Shown piece after piece: positions 8,637-19,673 of a stretch of 54,265 bases of DNA. Numbering within the stretch: the stretch's first letter is position 1; every line of letters begins with the position of its first letter. Below the pieces are notes generated by a model. The model was not told the origin of the DNA. It was given only the letters and a program-made list of their open reading frames with translations, and made no database searches. The translations under genes were made by a program, and so were the position numbers. This DNA is from an uncultured virus (IMG/VR IMGVR_UViG_3300025137_000019) (Duplodnaviria; Heunggongvirae; Uroviricota; Caudoviricetes). The stretch lies in IMG/VR virus record IMGVR_UViG_3300025137_000019. The stretch is one strand, 5' to 3'.

Positions 8637-11600
8637 ATGGCAACGTATTTACAAGGAGTTACAGATTACATACCAGATTATCAGCCTTTTCAGCCTGATC
8701 TAAACTTTTATGCTAATACCCTACAAGCAAAACAAACTCAATATGATTCAAATTATAAGTCATTAAATAACTTATATAGTACATTATATAATGCACCTGT
8801 TACACATGAGTTAAATAAAGAAAAGAAAGATGTTTTAATTAAGCAAATAGATGATAACTTAAAAAAGGTATCGGGATTAGATTTATCATTAGAACAAAAT
8901 GTACAGCAAGCTACACAGGTGTTTAGACCTTTTTATGAAGATAAGTATCTTATGAAAGATATGGCGTGGACAAAAAATACAATGAATGTATTAGGTAATG
9001 CTAATAGTCTACGTAATTCTGAAAATCCTGATATTTATGAACAGTGGTGGCAAACTGGAATTGATGCTATTAACTATAGAACACAAGAATTTGGTGAATC
9101 ATCTTTAGATGAAACAATGAATTTTCAAAATGTTAGTTATACAAAATATACTAACGCTGTACAGGATTATATGGATATGGCAACTAAGTTAAAAATTTCT
9201 GCTGAACATACAGATTTAACTGCAGATGGTAAATACATAGTTACTCAAAAAAATGGAAGCTTAATTATACCTACACTACAACAGCTATTTAATGCTGAGT
9301 ATGCTAAAAACCCAAGACTTCAAGAAATATATTCTGTTCAAGCTTATGTAGATAGAAAAAATTGGGTTGCTCAACATGAACAAGATTATAATGGTGATAA
9401 GCTTACTACAGAAAAAGAGTACTTACAGCAGAAATATAATTTTATTTCAAACTTAGTAAATAAAGAAAATGTAACTGCTAATGATAACCTAAACACAACA
9501 AAGAATAAGGTTGATGCGGTTGAGAATGATATTGCAAATGGTGATGTAAATATTAAACAACAAAAATATTTAGATGCTCTAGCTAATGGTGCCACAGTAC
9601 AAGAGGCAATAGCAGCTAGCACTAAGAAACTTAATAAAGATTTAAATACAGGTAACAGAACTTCAGTTACAGTGGGTCAACCATCAGGATTAAATCTTGA
9701 GAACTTAAAATTAGCTAGACTAAAGGTAGATGCTGGTGTTGCGTCATTACTTGCAACAAAAGATATAAACAGAGCTGCTAAGGCTTACTCAGATATTGGT
9801 AAAGAATACAAGAGAGATATCAGTAAGATTGGTATGGAAGACATTAGAAATAGAAATGCTAGAAGTAGAATTAGGCTTGCAGCTAGTCTTAAAAAAGAAA
9901 CTGATAGACAAAGTAATTTTGAAAAATACATGACAGATAAAGGTATGTTAATGTATGATATGAAAGGTAATCTAGTGCCTGATCCTAAATTTGATGGTTC
10001 ATTTAAAGAGCAAGACGGAGGTGATCCTGGTCAGTCTACAGACCAAGACGTTGATATTAATAAACTAAATAAGAAGACTTGGAAACAATTTACAGATGAG
10101 TCAACTAGCGGTTGGACAGATCAGTTTATGATAGACATGAAAAACCTAGTTGATAAAAATGAAATTTCTAATGAAGAGATAGCTAGGTTTATGATTCCAG
10201 GTGCATCAAGTGGTATTAATATAACAAGTGGTTTTAGTGATTCAAAAGAAGAATATAGAAATATTTTAAGAGAAGAAGGTACTTTAAATAAAATTGATGA
10301 TAAACAATTTAAAGAAGGCTTACGAGAATATAGAATAAGTCAAGGTATTTTAGATGAGAATGATAATGTAACTGATAAAGGTCGTAAGCTAAAGGAGGAG
10401 ATATATGGTACAGAGAATGCTAAATCAGAATTTAATAAAATATATAAACTCTGGAAAGAAAATAAATCAACTACTGTTAATGGTCAAACATTTACATATA
10501 GAGATCATTTGAATAGAGAGTATGCTCCTAAGATATGGGTTGATGAGTGGGATACATGGTCAAAAAGAAATGCTGGTAATACGGTTGTAGAAAATTATTT
10601 ACAACGTTCTGATAACATTTTAAAAATGGAAACTTATAGAGCAACTTATGATGCTAATGAGGCAGTCTTTGAACAGAATAATGATAAAATAGTAACAGAG
10701 TTAAGGCAAACAGTTAATCAATTAGGGTTAGATGATAAGGTAGCTGAAGAAACTGTAGAGTTATTTAATAATATTGTAAACCTATCAGATATTCAAGGTA
10801 ATGATGCCTTGTCAGATTTTACTGAAGATGAAATGCTGGCGTTGTTTAATAACAAACTAACACAATTTCAATATGCATTTGCAAATCTTGTTGATAGTAA
10901 GGGTGGTAAAATAAAGGGTCAACAGACTATGTCTTCACAGGGTGGGAGTTCATATGATATGGATGGTGTAAAAACTGATAATGCCATGCCAATGCCATAT
11001 TTACCTAAATTTCAAGATGGTACTGATTGGAATGAAACTAAGGGAATTTTACCTGAGCAATGGGCTATGGTAAATCAAATGTTAGATAATGATCCAAGAA
11101 TGAGATCTGCTATGTCTGAACTAGGTCTTAGTGATGATGGTAGTACACCAATAACAAGTCCTGAATATTATAATTTTGATCCTGCTTCAGGCTATGGAGA
11201 TATTAAAAGATTAAGAGATGATATTGTTAAGCAGTACAGAAAAGGTATTAATGTAGAAATATTTGAAACAGATGAGGAAATACAAGATTTTGCACAAACT
11301 GCTTTTACACTTTTAAATGCTAAATATGATGAAATAGTATTTAGACCATCTGGGGATAATGCATTATTGTCATACATACCTACTACAGCTGGAACAGATG
11401 GTAGAGCATCATTAGCTTCAGAAACACAATCTCAATATGTTAATATGCAGGTTCCTGGTAGTGCAGGCTTTAAAGATTATGCAGCTATGGTTAGAGATAT
11501 AAATAACATAAACTTTAATCAAGCAGGTAATTATAGAATTAGTCTTAATGGTAATATGTTACCTGAAGATTTTAGTTCTATGAGTTTAAATAAAAATGAT

Positions 11601-12326
11601 ATGAATCCTGATTTTGCAAGCAGATTGCTTCAAGATGCTTATTTAGCTGGAAGAGAGGGAGCTAAAGGTATGGGTGATTTAAAGATTAGTAATAATCAAG
11701 TATCTATGGAAGATGCGGGTACGGGTTCTATGACAGTTAACTTTTCTAAAAAGTTTTTAGAAGAATATGTTACTAGTATCCCAGAAGGTACAATGGTGAA
11801 TGGTGCTGAGATTGAAGGTGAAAATGCTGGTAAGGCTGAATTTGTAAAACAATATGTTGATCAAATATATCAAAATGGTATTACATTTATTGCACCGAAA
11901 CAACAGTGGACTAACCCTTTCTTTAATAATAATCAGGTAGGTCAAACAGAAGCTATCATGAATGCATTAGGAAGTCTTAATTATAGTCATCCAAATGGTG
12001 CAGGTAGTTATACGTTAGAAAAAATTAATAATGTACCAGGAGTTACTCATAGAGGTGTATTTGAAATTAATTACATAGATCCCCAAACAGGAGAGCTTAA
12101 AACTAAAAGTCAAGAATTACACCCTAACGTTAGAAAAAATGGTGATGCATTAGATCAAACACTAGCACTTATGTTTAATAGTATTAATCAGACATCAGTG
12201 ATAAATAACCAGCTTTTTCAATCATTTGTTAAATCAGATAATACAGAAGCACTTAATAAAGTTAGAAGTAATCAAAAGCTTACATTAACTCCAAAAAGCT
12301 CTGGGTTTAAATATGGTAATAATTAA
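8637..12326 (+). CDS. Giant putative virion/ejection protein 1 (1229 aa)
   Basis: Long ORF, first of four tightly packed giant genes around the virion RNAP; no catalytic motif recognised. Confidence 0.6.
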   Translation: MATYLQGVTDYIPDYQPFQPDLNFYANTLQAKQTQYDSNYKSLNNLYSTLYNAPVTHELNKEKKDVLIKQIDDNLKKVSGLDLSLEQNVQQATQVFRPFYEDKYLMKDMAWTKNTMNVLGNANSLRNSENPDIYEQWWQTGIDAINYRTQEFGESSLDETMNFQNVSYTKYTNAVQDYMDMATKLKISAEHTDLTADGKYIVTQKNGSLIIPTLQQLFNAEYAKNPRLQEIYSVQAYVDRKNWVAQHEQDYNGDKLTTEKEYLQQKYNFISNLVNKENVTANDNLNTTKNKVDAVENDIANGDVNIKQQKYLDALANGATVQEAIAASTKKLNKDLNTGNRTSVTVGQPSGLNLENLKLARLKVDAGVASLLATKDINRAAKAYSDIGKEYKRDISKIGMEDIRNRNARSRIRLAASLKKETDRQSNFEKYMTDKGMLMYDMKGNLVPDPKFDGSFKEQDGGDPGQSTDQDVDINKLNKKTWKQFTDESTSGWTDQFMIDMKNLVDKNEISNEEIARFMIPGASSGINITSGFSDSKEEYRNILREEGTLNKIDDKQFKEGLREYRISQGILDENDNVTDKGRKLKEEIYGTENAKSEFNKIYKLWKENKSTTVNGQTFTYRDHLNREYAPKIWVDEWDTWSKRNAGNTVVENYLQRSDNILKMETYRATYDANEAVFEQNNDKIVTELRQTVNQLGLDDKVAEETVELFNNIVNLSDIQGNDALSDFTEDEMLALFNNKLTQFQYAFANLVDSKGGKIKGQQTMSSQGGSSYDMDGVKTDNAMPMPYLPKFQDGTDWNETKGILPEQWAMVNQMLDNDPRMRSAMSELGLSDDGSTPITSPEYYNFDPASGYGDIKRLRDDIVKQYRKGINVEIFETDEEIQDFAQTAFTLLNAKYDEIVFRPSGDNALLSYIPTTAGTDGRASLASETQSQYVNMQVPGSAGFKDYAAMVRDINNINFNQAGNYRISLNGNMLPEDFSSMSLNKNDMNPDFASRLLQDAYLAGREGAKGMGDLKISNNQVSMEDAGTGSMTVNFSKKFLEEYVTSIPEGTMVNGAEIEGENAGKAEFVKQYVDQIYQNGITFIAPKQQWTNPFFNNNQVGQTEAIMNALGSLNYSHPNGAGSYTLEKINNVPGVTHRGVFEINYIDPQTGELKTKSQELHPNVRKNGDALDQTLALMFNSINQTSVINNQLFQSFVKSDNTEALNKVRSNQKLTLTPKSSGFKYGNN

Positions 12327-12329
12327 AAC

Positions 12330-15300
12330 ATGGCAGAAGAAAACGTAGATAAAGAATTTGATAAGTTTGCAGATAAGACAGACTTTCTAGGACCTGCAAG
12401 AATAGAGATGGAACTTGATGCTCCAGAACTTACACCTATTTTTCCTAATTCTGTTCCAGATGCATTTGAGAATAATACATATAATACTCAAAGAAATACT
12501 GGTGGCATTTCTCCTAATTACCCACCTAGTGCTGTAAAGCAGAATGTAGTAAATACACCTGATTGGGGAGAGTCTTTAATAAATGCCACTGCTGCTAAGA
12601 TAAACTCTTTAGAAGATAAAAATGAGTATGCTAAAATGTACACTTTTGATTCATCTCCTAAAGGTGCATTTAAAGCAAGATATAAAGCTTATGATCAAGA
12701 TATATATAATAAAATTGGATTTAGTCCATTACTAGATAATGAATCTTGGTATAATAATAATACAACTTTCGGAGATGATATATCTAGGACAATGAGAACT
12801 TCAGCATTGCCTATGCTTGGTCTTGGTTTTCTTAGTCCCTTAAATTCATATGGTAATATGCTTCAGGGTAAAAGCCCTTTTGCACAAGATGCAGATGAAG
12901 CTGCTGAGTACGATTATTATAATCAACTATCCTACTCTTCTAAAGGAGGAGTTGGAGGTTTTACAAATAACTTAGTATTATCTGCAGCTTATTCAATGGG
13001 TATACTAGCAGAAGGTGCTGTAGAAGGTGCTCTTATTGGTGGTGCAGTAGGCTTTGTTGAAGGTGGTGTTGGAGCTATTCCTGGAGCTGCTGTAGGTGGT
13101 GCACTTGGTACTTTAAAAAGTTTATACAGACTTCCAGGTAGTATAATTAAGGGTGTTAAAGCTATGGGATCTATGGCTAAAAATTTAAAGGCATTTGGTG
13201 ATGTTACTAAAGCTAGACAGTTATTTGCTGCTTCTGGACGTAATGCAGCTAATTTTCTAAATCCAGCATCTAACCTTACAGCACAATTAAAAGCTACTGA
13301 TAATATATCTGGATTAGCAAAATCAGCAAGAACTGTAGGAGCTCTGTGGCATGATGTAAAAAATATCAACATGGGTATTGCAGAAGGAAGACTTGAGGGT
13401 GGGTTTACTCAAAATCAGACATATGAAGAGTTGTATAATAATTACTATAGTCTATATGGTATAGCTCCTGATGAAGATATGCAAGAGAGTATGATGAATC
13501 AAGCAAAAGCTGCAGGATGGAGGAATTCATTAAACAACTCTATGTTAGTTTTCTATTCTAATAAAATAGCCTTTCCGTCTATAACTCGTGCTGGATTTTT
13601 AAAAGGGTTACCAAAATTAGGAGTTGGTACTGTTGTAGGTAATGTGGGTAAAGAATTTCAAGTTGTATTTAATCCAGCTAAAAAAGCTAGTGAAGCTGTA
13701 TTTACTGCAGAAAAGATTGGTTTTAAGAATGCATTAAAAGGTTTTACTAAACCTAAAGTTTGGGCTAATAATTCAATTAATTATTTTAAGGCTAATCTAG
13801 TAGAAGGTTTTCAAGAGTCTGCTCAAGATATTTTAAATGATGCAACAAAAGAATATTACAAAGAAACATTTTATAATCCAGCTGCTAGAAACATGAGGTA
13901 TACAACTGGAGTTTTAGGAGATGCGTTTAATAAACAAATAAGTGCTCAAGGTGCTGAAACATTTGCTTCTGGATTTTTAATGGGTACAATACTACAATTA
14001 CCTGGTAAAGTTAAGGGTGGTTTAAATTATTCTTATAATAGGTTTTATAAAAATAGAGGTAATTGGGAACAACATGTTAAAGAAAGAGGTAATGATGCTC
14101 AAGATGTAGTGGATAACTTAAATAACATGTATAAAAATGCACATCATTTTTTTGATCCTAGAATAAGTAATTATTCAACTCAGATGCTTGCAGCTAAAAT
14201 GGCTGATAATCCTGAAGAAGTTTCAGAAAAAGAATTAAGAGATACATCATTTACAGCATTTCATGAATCAGTTATGACATCATTAAGTAATGGTACTTAT
14301 GATATGTTTACTCAAAATTTATCAGAGTATAAAAATGCTACGCCCGAAGAACTTGAAGAAGCTTGGAATTTAGAGAAAGGACAAGGGAGAATTGCATTAG
14401 ATAATATAGATAATCAACTTGATACAGCAAAAACAATTTCTAAAAGATTTAGAGAAGCTAGAAATAAAATGAAGAATCAGATTGACTTAGCTCAATTTGA
14501 AGTAGGTAGTCCAGAATATGAAAAAGCTAGAATATATAATGAAGCATATAGAGTAGCTCTTTCTAATTTAGTCTTTTTACAAGGGTCGTTTGATAAAAAC
14601 TTACAGTCTATTAAAGACTTAGGAGATGAGGTTAGTTCTTTAGATGCTATAAAAGATTTAAATTTTTCAAACTTTAGTAACTTAATAGTACCAGAAAGAC
14701 TGAGTCAAGAGATTGCTATGCTAGAAACAGAAATTGAATCTTTAAAATCAAATCCTCAAAGAGAATATCAAGCAAATATACAGACTGAAATTAAAAGAAT
14801 GGAGTCTAAACTATCTGCACTAACTGATTTTCAAAATGGTCAGAATGGTTTGATTGAAGGTTATATGCAAAATGAGTTGCTTAAAGGAGTGATGTCAAAA
14901 ATAATGACTGAAGATTCATCTTTAACACAACAGGATGCTGAAATAAAAGCTATTCAAGAGTTAATGGATCAATATACAGAGGGTAAATCAGAACCGTTTT
15001 CTATATATAAAGATTCCTTTAAAGAACTTCTTTTTTCTTTAGCAGATACTCCAGAGAAAAAAGCAAGATTGCAATCACAGTTAGATGAAAAAGGTGGTAT
15101 AGATACTATGTATAGTAAACTTTTAGATCTTCATATATTAAATAATGAAACAGCAGGTCTAACTAAGTTTATAAATTTATTAAGTAGCCCAAGAGATTTT
15201 TATGAGCATGTAGATAGGAATTTTAGTTGGATGAATGAGCTATATGATAATAAAAAAGAATATGTTAAAGATGTAGTTAATCAAGAGATATCAAATATTG

Positions 15301-18300
15301 AAAGAAATGCTATATTAAATGAATTAGCAAATAAAGGAATATTTGTTGATCTCCAACAATTTTCTGATTGGATAGCAGATACTAACAACCTACCTGATGA
15401 GTTTATTGATATCACTAATGAAAGAGTTATTAATAAAGATAGTGTCTTGTATGAAGAGTACGTTGATTTGTTTATTGCTGCTGCAGATTTAGAAAGTAAA
15501 AAACCAGCTGGAGAAGAGTTAGATGCTAAACAATCTTTAGAGGCAAGAGTAGAAGAATTAAATAGTGAGAGAAATGATAAGATTAATGATCAACTAGAGT
15601 CTTTAGATTCTAAGCTTAAGTCTAACTATGGTAAAACAAGACAAGAAATTCTTGATGAAAAAGCAGAGTTTGATAAAGAATATAAAGAAAAAATAAATCA
15701 AAAAGAATCTAAAGAAGAAGAAAACAAACTTATAGCAAAATCAAGAGAGCAGTTAAAAACAAATAATGTACTTGAGATTCAAGCAATTTATGATTATGCT
15801 ATAGAAGAAGGTTATATTACGGAGGAGCAGTTTGAGAATGCTGTAAATACAATAGCTCAAAATGCTGGTAAACCTTTACAAAGAGTTTTAGAAGCTCGTA
15901 AAAATATTGATGTAAGTGATATAGAAGATGCTGAAGAAGCTAGGCAAATAGGTTCTACTCAAGCATTTAAGAAAGTTATAATTGATAGTATTTTAGAAGA
16001 TAAGGCTGAAGATATTGAAAAAGAAATACAAGACATAGGTGATGTTGATAGGCAACCACCAATGGTCCTAGAGTCTACAAAAGAATATAAAAGTTATGAA
16101 GAGATAGTGGCACAAATAAATGCAAAGTATGATGCTGCTATTGATGAGTTAAAAGGTAAGATTTCTAAAATGGATACTGAAGAATCAGTTGAGCAATTTT
16201 ATACTACATCTACACCATTTGATAATTTTGATCAAACTTCAAAAGATAAAATTACAGAGTTATTTGATGATTACCTTATAACAGATTTAAATGAAAATTT
16301 AGAGATTAAAGAAAATGATCCTGAGCAATATAGAAAATTAAGGGAAAGATGGTTAGAAAGACAATCAGAACTTATTAATGAATTAAATGCTGATGTTGTT
16401 GAGGCTAAGAGACAGAAGTTAGAAGAAATGTCTAAACCACCTGAGCTAAAGTTTTTACCATTTAAAGCTGATTCTAAAACTAAGACAGAAGTCCTGGGTA
16501 ATATATATGATAAGTTACAACGTATTTTAAATGATGGTGAATATGCCAAAGATGCTAAGAAACCTGAAGAAAAAACTCAGCTAACTGAAGAAGATATAGA
16601 AAATATTAACTCAGATTTACAAGCTATTGAAGGTTATATACAATCCCGTGCAGAATTATTTGCACCACAAACTGTTGCTGAAGAAGTTGTAAATAGAATT
16701 TCTGAAACAATAATTAATAGAAGAAATGAAGTTGTAGAAGTTACAGATGAAGAGGGTAATGTTATAGGTAGAAAGTTTGCCAATAGAGAAGATTCTGATC
16801 CATCACCTGAAAGAGTTACCGCAGTTGCTGAGGAAATTAAACAAGACCTAACAGGTGAACCTCAGTTTAAATATGACCCAATAGAAAAAACAGAAGATGG
16901 AGAGCCTGGTGCTATAGAAAGTGTGTATAATACTTATTTTCAAGATCCTGATATTACTAATGAAGAAGCTATTGATTTATTTGTAGCTAGGTTTAGAGAA
17001 ATGGCCTACAGAGAATATAAGAAAGTCTTTGGAAATGAAGCTAAGTTAAGTTCAATTGAGAGTGGTATCAGACAAGATTCTTCATTTAGTAATGTAGAAA
17101 GACTAATTAAAAAATATGTATTCAAACATTACTCAGATGCAGGAACTAATTCTGATGCTTTAATTAGAATGTTTTTAACTCCTAAATCAGAACAAGATGG
17201 TTCTGGATTTATAGATTTTACATATGACTCTGAAGTTGAAATAAAAGGTAATATGATTAAGGTATCAGATACTATGTCTGAAGAAGCCTATAATACTTTA
17301 TTTAACTCAGCATCAGGTATTATATCTAAATTACGTCAGGGAATTATTGATGGTAAATGGCAAATACTATCTGAAAATGTTTTACTGTTTGATGAAAACG
17401 CCAGAGAAAATGGCCTTACAGGAGAGATAGATTTACTTGCTATAGACACTGAAGGTAAAGTTAAGATTATAGATATTAAAACTGGTAACCCTGGTACATG
17501 GAAAATTTATGGTACAGGAGCACAGTATGATAAGGAAGCTTACTTCCGTGGTCAACAAAGTATTTATGCTGATTTATTTTATAATATGTCAGGTATAGAT
17601 GTGGATTCTATTGGTTTATTACCATTAGAAACTATTGTGAATTTAGATGGTTATATTGAATCTGTAAAAAAACCAAATCTAGTTCCTAAAGGTGAGGACA
17701 CTATTGAAATAGAAAAGATTGAGGATATTAGTAAGTATGGTCTTGAGAGAATTAGTCCAAATTTAAAAGAAATTAAAAGGGAAACTGAGAGAGGTGAGAG
17801 TAAAGTAGAAATAGGTATTCCACAAAGTGATCCAACAAAACTTACATTAGAAGAAAATCTTGGTAACATGATTACATATAATGGAAAAACAGGATTATTA
17901 TCTAAGATGGGTAATGGTACATTTGGTGTATTAGTTACATCTAAGGTTGATGATACATTATTAAATCTAACATTAGAATCAGTTCAAAATGAATTAGTTC
18001 TTGAAAAAGCTAGTGAATTTAAAAATGAAGAGTTAATATCTCAATTAGAGGATCAAGTTAAAAAACTACAAAAGAATATTGATGATAAAGGTGAGACCAA
18101 AGAAATGTACTCCATTAAATTTGATATGGAGAATGTTTATGATGGTGGTCTTAACATGATGGAATTAGGTATACAACCAGTTGCTATTATAGAAAGTGTT
18201 GGTCAACAAAGAATGGTTGGTGGTAAAATTATCAATGCTAAGTTTGATAACCCTGCAGAAACAATAGCTACTATAAATGGAATAAAGTATAATGTATTAA

Positions 18301-19670
18301 GAGACACGTCAGGAAACATTACTATATTAAATTATATGTCCAATGAAAAAGAAATCAAGGATGTAGATCAGGAAGCTGGTCAAGTATCAATGGAGATTGG
18401 TAAACTAAGACAAGAAGCTGCTGAACTTGAAGGTATAGAAAAAGACTTTGTATTAAAAAAGATATCTAAAAAACAGGTATATAAAACAGAGCTTGATAGA
18501 AAGAGGCAATCATTAGTTAATAATAATACAAAGGTATTTTTAAGGGGTAGAAATAATGAAGATCTTATATTTGCATTAAATAAATTACCCAACAGTCTTC
18601 AAAAGGTTACAGAAGGTCGTACTAAAGCAGATGAGATAATAGATTTAAAAGAAATAGGAAGGTTATCTTTATCACAAAGTATTTCTGAAGCAATAGATGA
18701 AGTTATGTCAAGAAATTATCCAGATGCAATGGATGTTTTAATTGATAAAGGTTTAGCTGGTGCAGCTGGTCAGAATGGTCAACAAATTATTGATTGGGCT
18801 ACAGAGACAATTAAAGAGTTAGAAGACTTAGGTTTTAGTGTAATTAATAGAGGAGATCTAGTTGATGATATATCTAGACAAATAGATGCTTTAAATTTAT
18901 TACTAGGAGATTTAGAATTAATTAATTTAAATAAAGATGGAAAAATCAGTAAAAGACAAAAAGGAAAAGTTAGAGACTACTTTGAAAGGGAAGAAATACA
19001 GGAAGGGTCTAGTGTATCTACGGATGCAGAGTCTGTCCAACCAGAGACAAAAAGAGTTCTTAGACCATCTGCAACCAAAACAGAACTTAAAAGAAAAATA
19101 GATTCTATTAGAAATAAGTTTGATAAAGAAGACAAAGCTACTTTAGAAAATATAACAAATAATGAGTTCATTGTTAATCTAAATGAAGCTACTAAATCTA
19201 ATATTGAAAACATATATGAAAAGGCCTTATTAGAAGCAGCTAAAGAGACTACTCCTTTAACAGTAGATGATGTAAAGTTGGCATATGAAACTAGGCTTGA
19301 AGAGTTAGAAACTAATATGGACTTAGCCAGTATAGAAAAAGGAATGATCTTAATGGACAAGTTAGATACTCCAAACTATTATATGGTTAAAAAAATCAAT
19401 AAAAATTCAGTAACTTTAGAGAATATCCAAACTCAAGAAAAGATGAATGTATCTGAAACAGATCTTACTGATTATGATAAATCAAATGATGAACAAACTC
19501 CTGTAGTAGAAACAACTGAAGAGCTAGTAGAAAGCTCAGAAGAATCTGTAGCTAATTTAAAAGAATTAGCTAAAAATGAAGAAAAACTATCTCAAGCAAA
19601 AGAAAATGCTAAAAAATCTACTAGAGAAGATAGGATGAATAAATTAAAAGATAACTCATTAAAATGTTAA
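12330..19670 (+). CDS. Giant putative ejection protein 2 (2446 aa): Gly-rich hydrophobic segment, coiled coils, PD-(D/E)XK nuclease-like domain
   Basis: GALIGGAVGFVEGGVGAIPGAAVGGALG near 13000-13115; GEIDLLAIDTEGKVKIIDIKTG...QQSIY near 17420-17570; ends LKC. Confidence 0.65.
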   Translation: MAEENVDKEFDKFADKTDFLGPARIEMELDAPELTPIFPNSVPDAFENNTYNTQRNTGGISPNYPPSAVKQNVVNTPDWGESLINATAAKINSLEDKNEYAKMYTFDSSPKGAFKARYKAYDQDIYNKIGFSPLLDNESWYNNNTTFGDDISRTMRTSALPMLGLGFLSPLNSYGNMLQGKSPFAQDADEAAEYDYYNQLSYSSKGGVGGFTNNLVLSAAYSMGILAEGAVEGALIGGAVGFVEGGVGAIPGAAVGGALGTLKSLYRLPGSIIKGVKAMGSMAKNLKAFGDVTKARQLFAASGRNAANFLNPASNLTAQLKATDNISGLAKSARTVGALWHDVKNINMGIAEGRLEGGFTQNQTYEELYNNYYSLYGIAPDEDMQESMMNQAKAAGWRNSLNNSMLVFYSNKIAFPSITRAGFLKGLPKLGVGTVVGNVGKEFQVVFNPAKKASEAVFTAEKIGFKNALKGFTKPKVWANNSINYFKANLVEGFQESAQDILNDATKEYYKETFYNPAARNMRYTTGVLGDAFNKQISAQGAETFASGFLMGTILQLPGKVKGGLNYSYNRFYKNRGNWEQHVKERGNDAQDVVDNLNNMYKNAHHFFDPRISNYSTQMLAAKMADNPEEVSEKELRDTSFTAFHESVMTSLSNGTYDMFTQNLSEYKNATPEELEEAWNLEKGQGRIALDNIDNQLDTAKTISKRFREARNKMKNQIDLAQFEVGSPEYEKARIYNEAYRVALSNLVFLQGSFDKNLQSIKDLGDEVSSLDAIKDLNFSNFSNLIVPERLSQEIAMLETEIESLKSNPQREYQANIQTEIKRMESKLSALTDFQNGQNGLIEGYMQNELLKGVMSKIMTEDSSLTQQDAEIKAIQELMDQYTEGKSEPFSIYKDSFKELLFSLADTPEKKARLQSQLDEKGGIDTMYSKLLDLHILNNETAGLTKFINLLSSPRDFYEHVDRNFSWMNELYDNKKEYVKDVVNQEISNIERNAILNELANKGIFVDLQQFSDWIADTNNLPDEFIDITNERVINKDSVLYEEYVDLFIAAADLESKKPAGEELDAKQSLEARVEELNSERNDKINDQLESLDSKLKSNYGKTRQEILDEKAEFDKEYKEKINQKESKEEENKLIAKSREQLKTNNVLEIQAIYDYAIEEGYITEEQFENAVNTIAQNAGKPLQRVLEARKNIDVSDIEDAEEARQIGSTQAFKKVIIDSILEDKAEDIEKEIQDIGDVDRQPPMVLESTKEYKSYEEIVAQINAKYDAAIDELKGKISKMDTEESVEQFYTTSTPFDNFDQTSKDKITELFDDYLITDLNENLEIKENDPEQYRKLRERWLERQSELINELNADVVEAKRQKLEEMSKPPELKFLPFKADSKTKTEVLGNIYDKLQRILNDGEYAKDAKKPEEKTQLTEEDIENINSDLQAIEGYIQSRAELFAPQTVAEEVVNRISETIINRRNEVVEVTDEEGNVIGRKFANREDSDPSPERVTAVAEEIKQDLTGEPQFKYDPIEKTEDGEPGAIESVYNTYFQDPDITNEEAIDLFVARFREMAYREYKKVFGNEAKLSSIESGIRQDSSFSNVERLIKKYVFKHYSDAGTNSDALIRMFLTPKSEQDGSGFIDFTYDSEVEIKGNMIKVSDTMSEEAYNTLFNSASGIISKLRQGIIDGKWQILSENVLLFDENARENGLTGEIDLLAIDTEGKVKIIDIKTGNPGTWKIYGTGAQYDKEAYFRGQQSIYADLFYNMSGIDVDSIGLLPLETIVNLDGYIESVKKPNLVPKGEDTIEIEKIEDISKYGLERISPNLKEIKRETERGESKVEIGIPQSDPTKLTLEENLGNMITYNGKTGLLSKMGNGTFGVLVTSKVDDTLLNLTLESVQNELVLEKASEFKNEELISQLEDQVKKLQKNIDDKGETKEMYSIKFDMENVYDGGLNMMELGIQPVAIIESVGQQRMVGGKIINAKFDNPAETIATINGIKYNVLRDTSGNITILNYMSNEKEIKDVDQEAGQVSMEIGKLRQEAAELEGIEKDFVLKKISKKQVYKTELDRKRQSLVNNNTKVFLRGRNNEDLIFALNKLPNSLQKVTEGRTKADEIIDLKEIGRLSLSQSISEAIDEVMSRNYPDAMDVLIDKGLAGAAGQNGQQIIDWATETIKELEDLGFSVINRGDLVDDISRQIDALNLLLGDLELINLNKDGKISKRQKGKVRDYFEREEIQEGSSVSTDAESVQPETKRVLRPSATKTELKRKIDSIRNKFDKEDKATLENITNNEFIVNLNEATKSNIENIYEKALLEAAKETTPLTVDDVKLAYETRLEELETNMDLASIEKGMILMDKLDTPNYYMVKKINKNSVTLENIQTQEKMNVSETDLTDYDKSNDEQTPVVETTEELVESSEESVANLKELAKNEEKLSQAKENAKKSTREDRMNKLKDNSLKC

Positions 19671-19673
19671 AAA

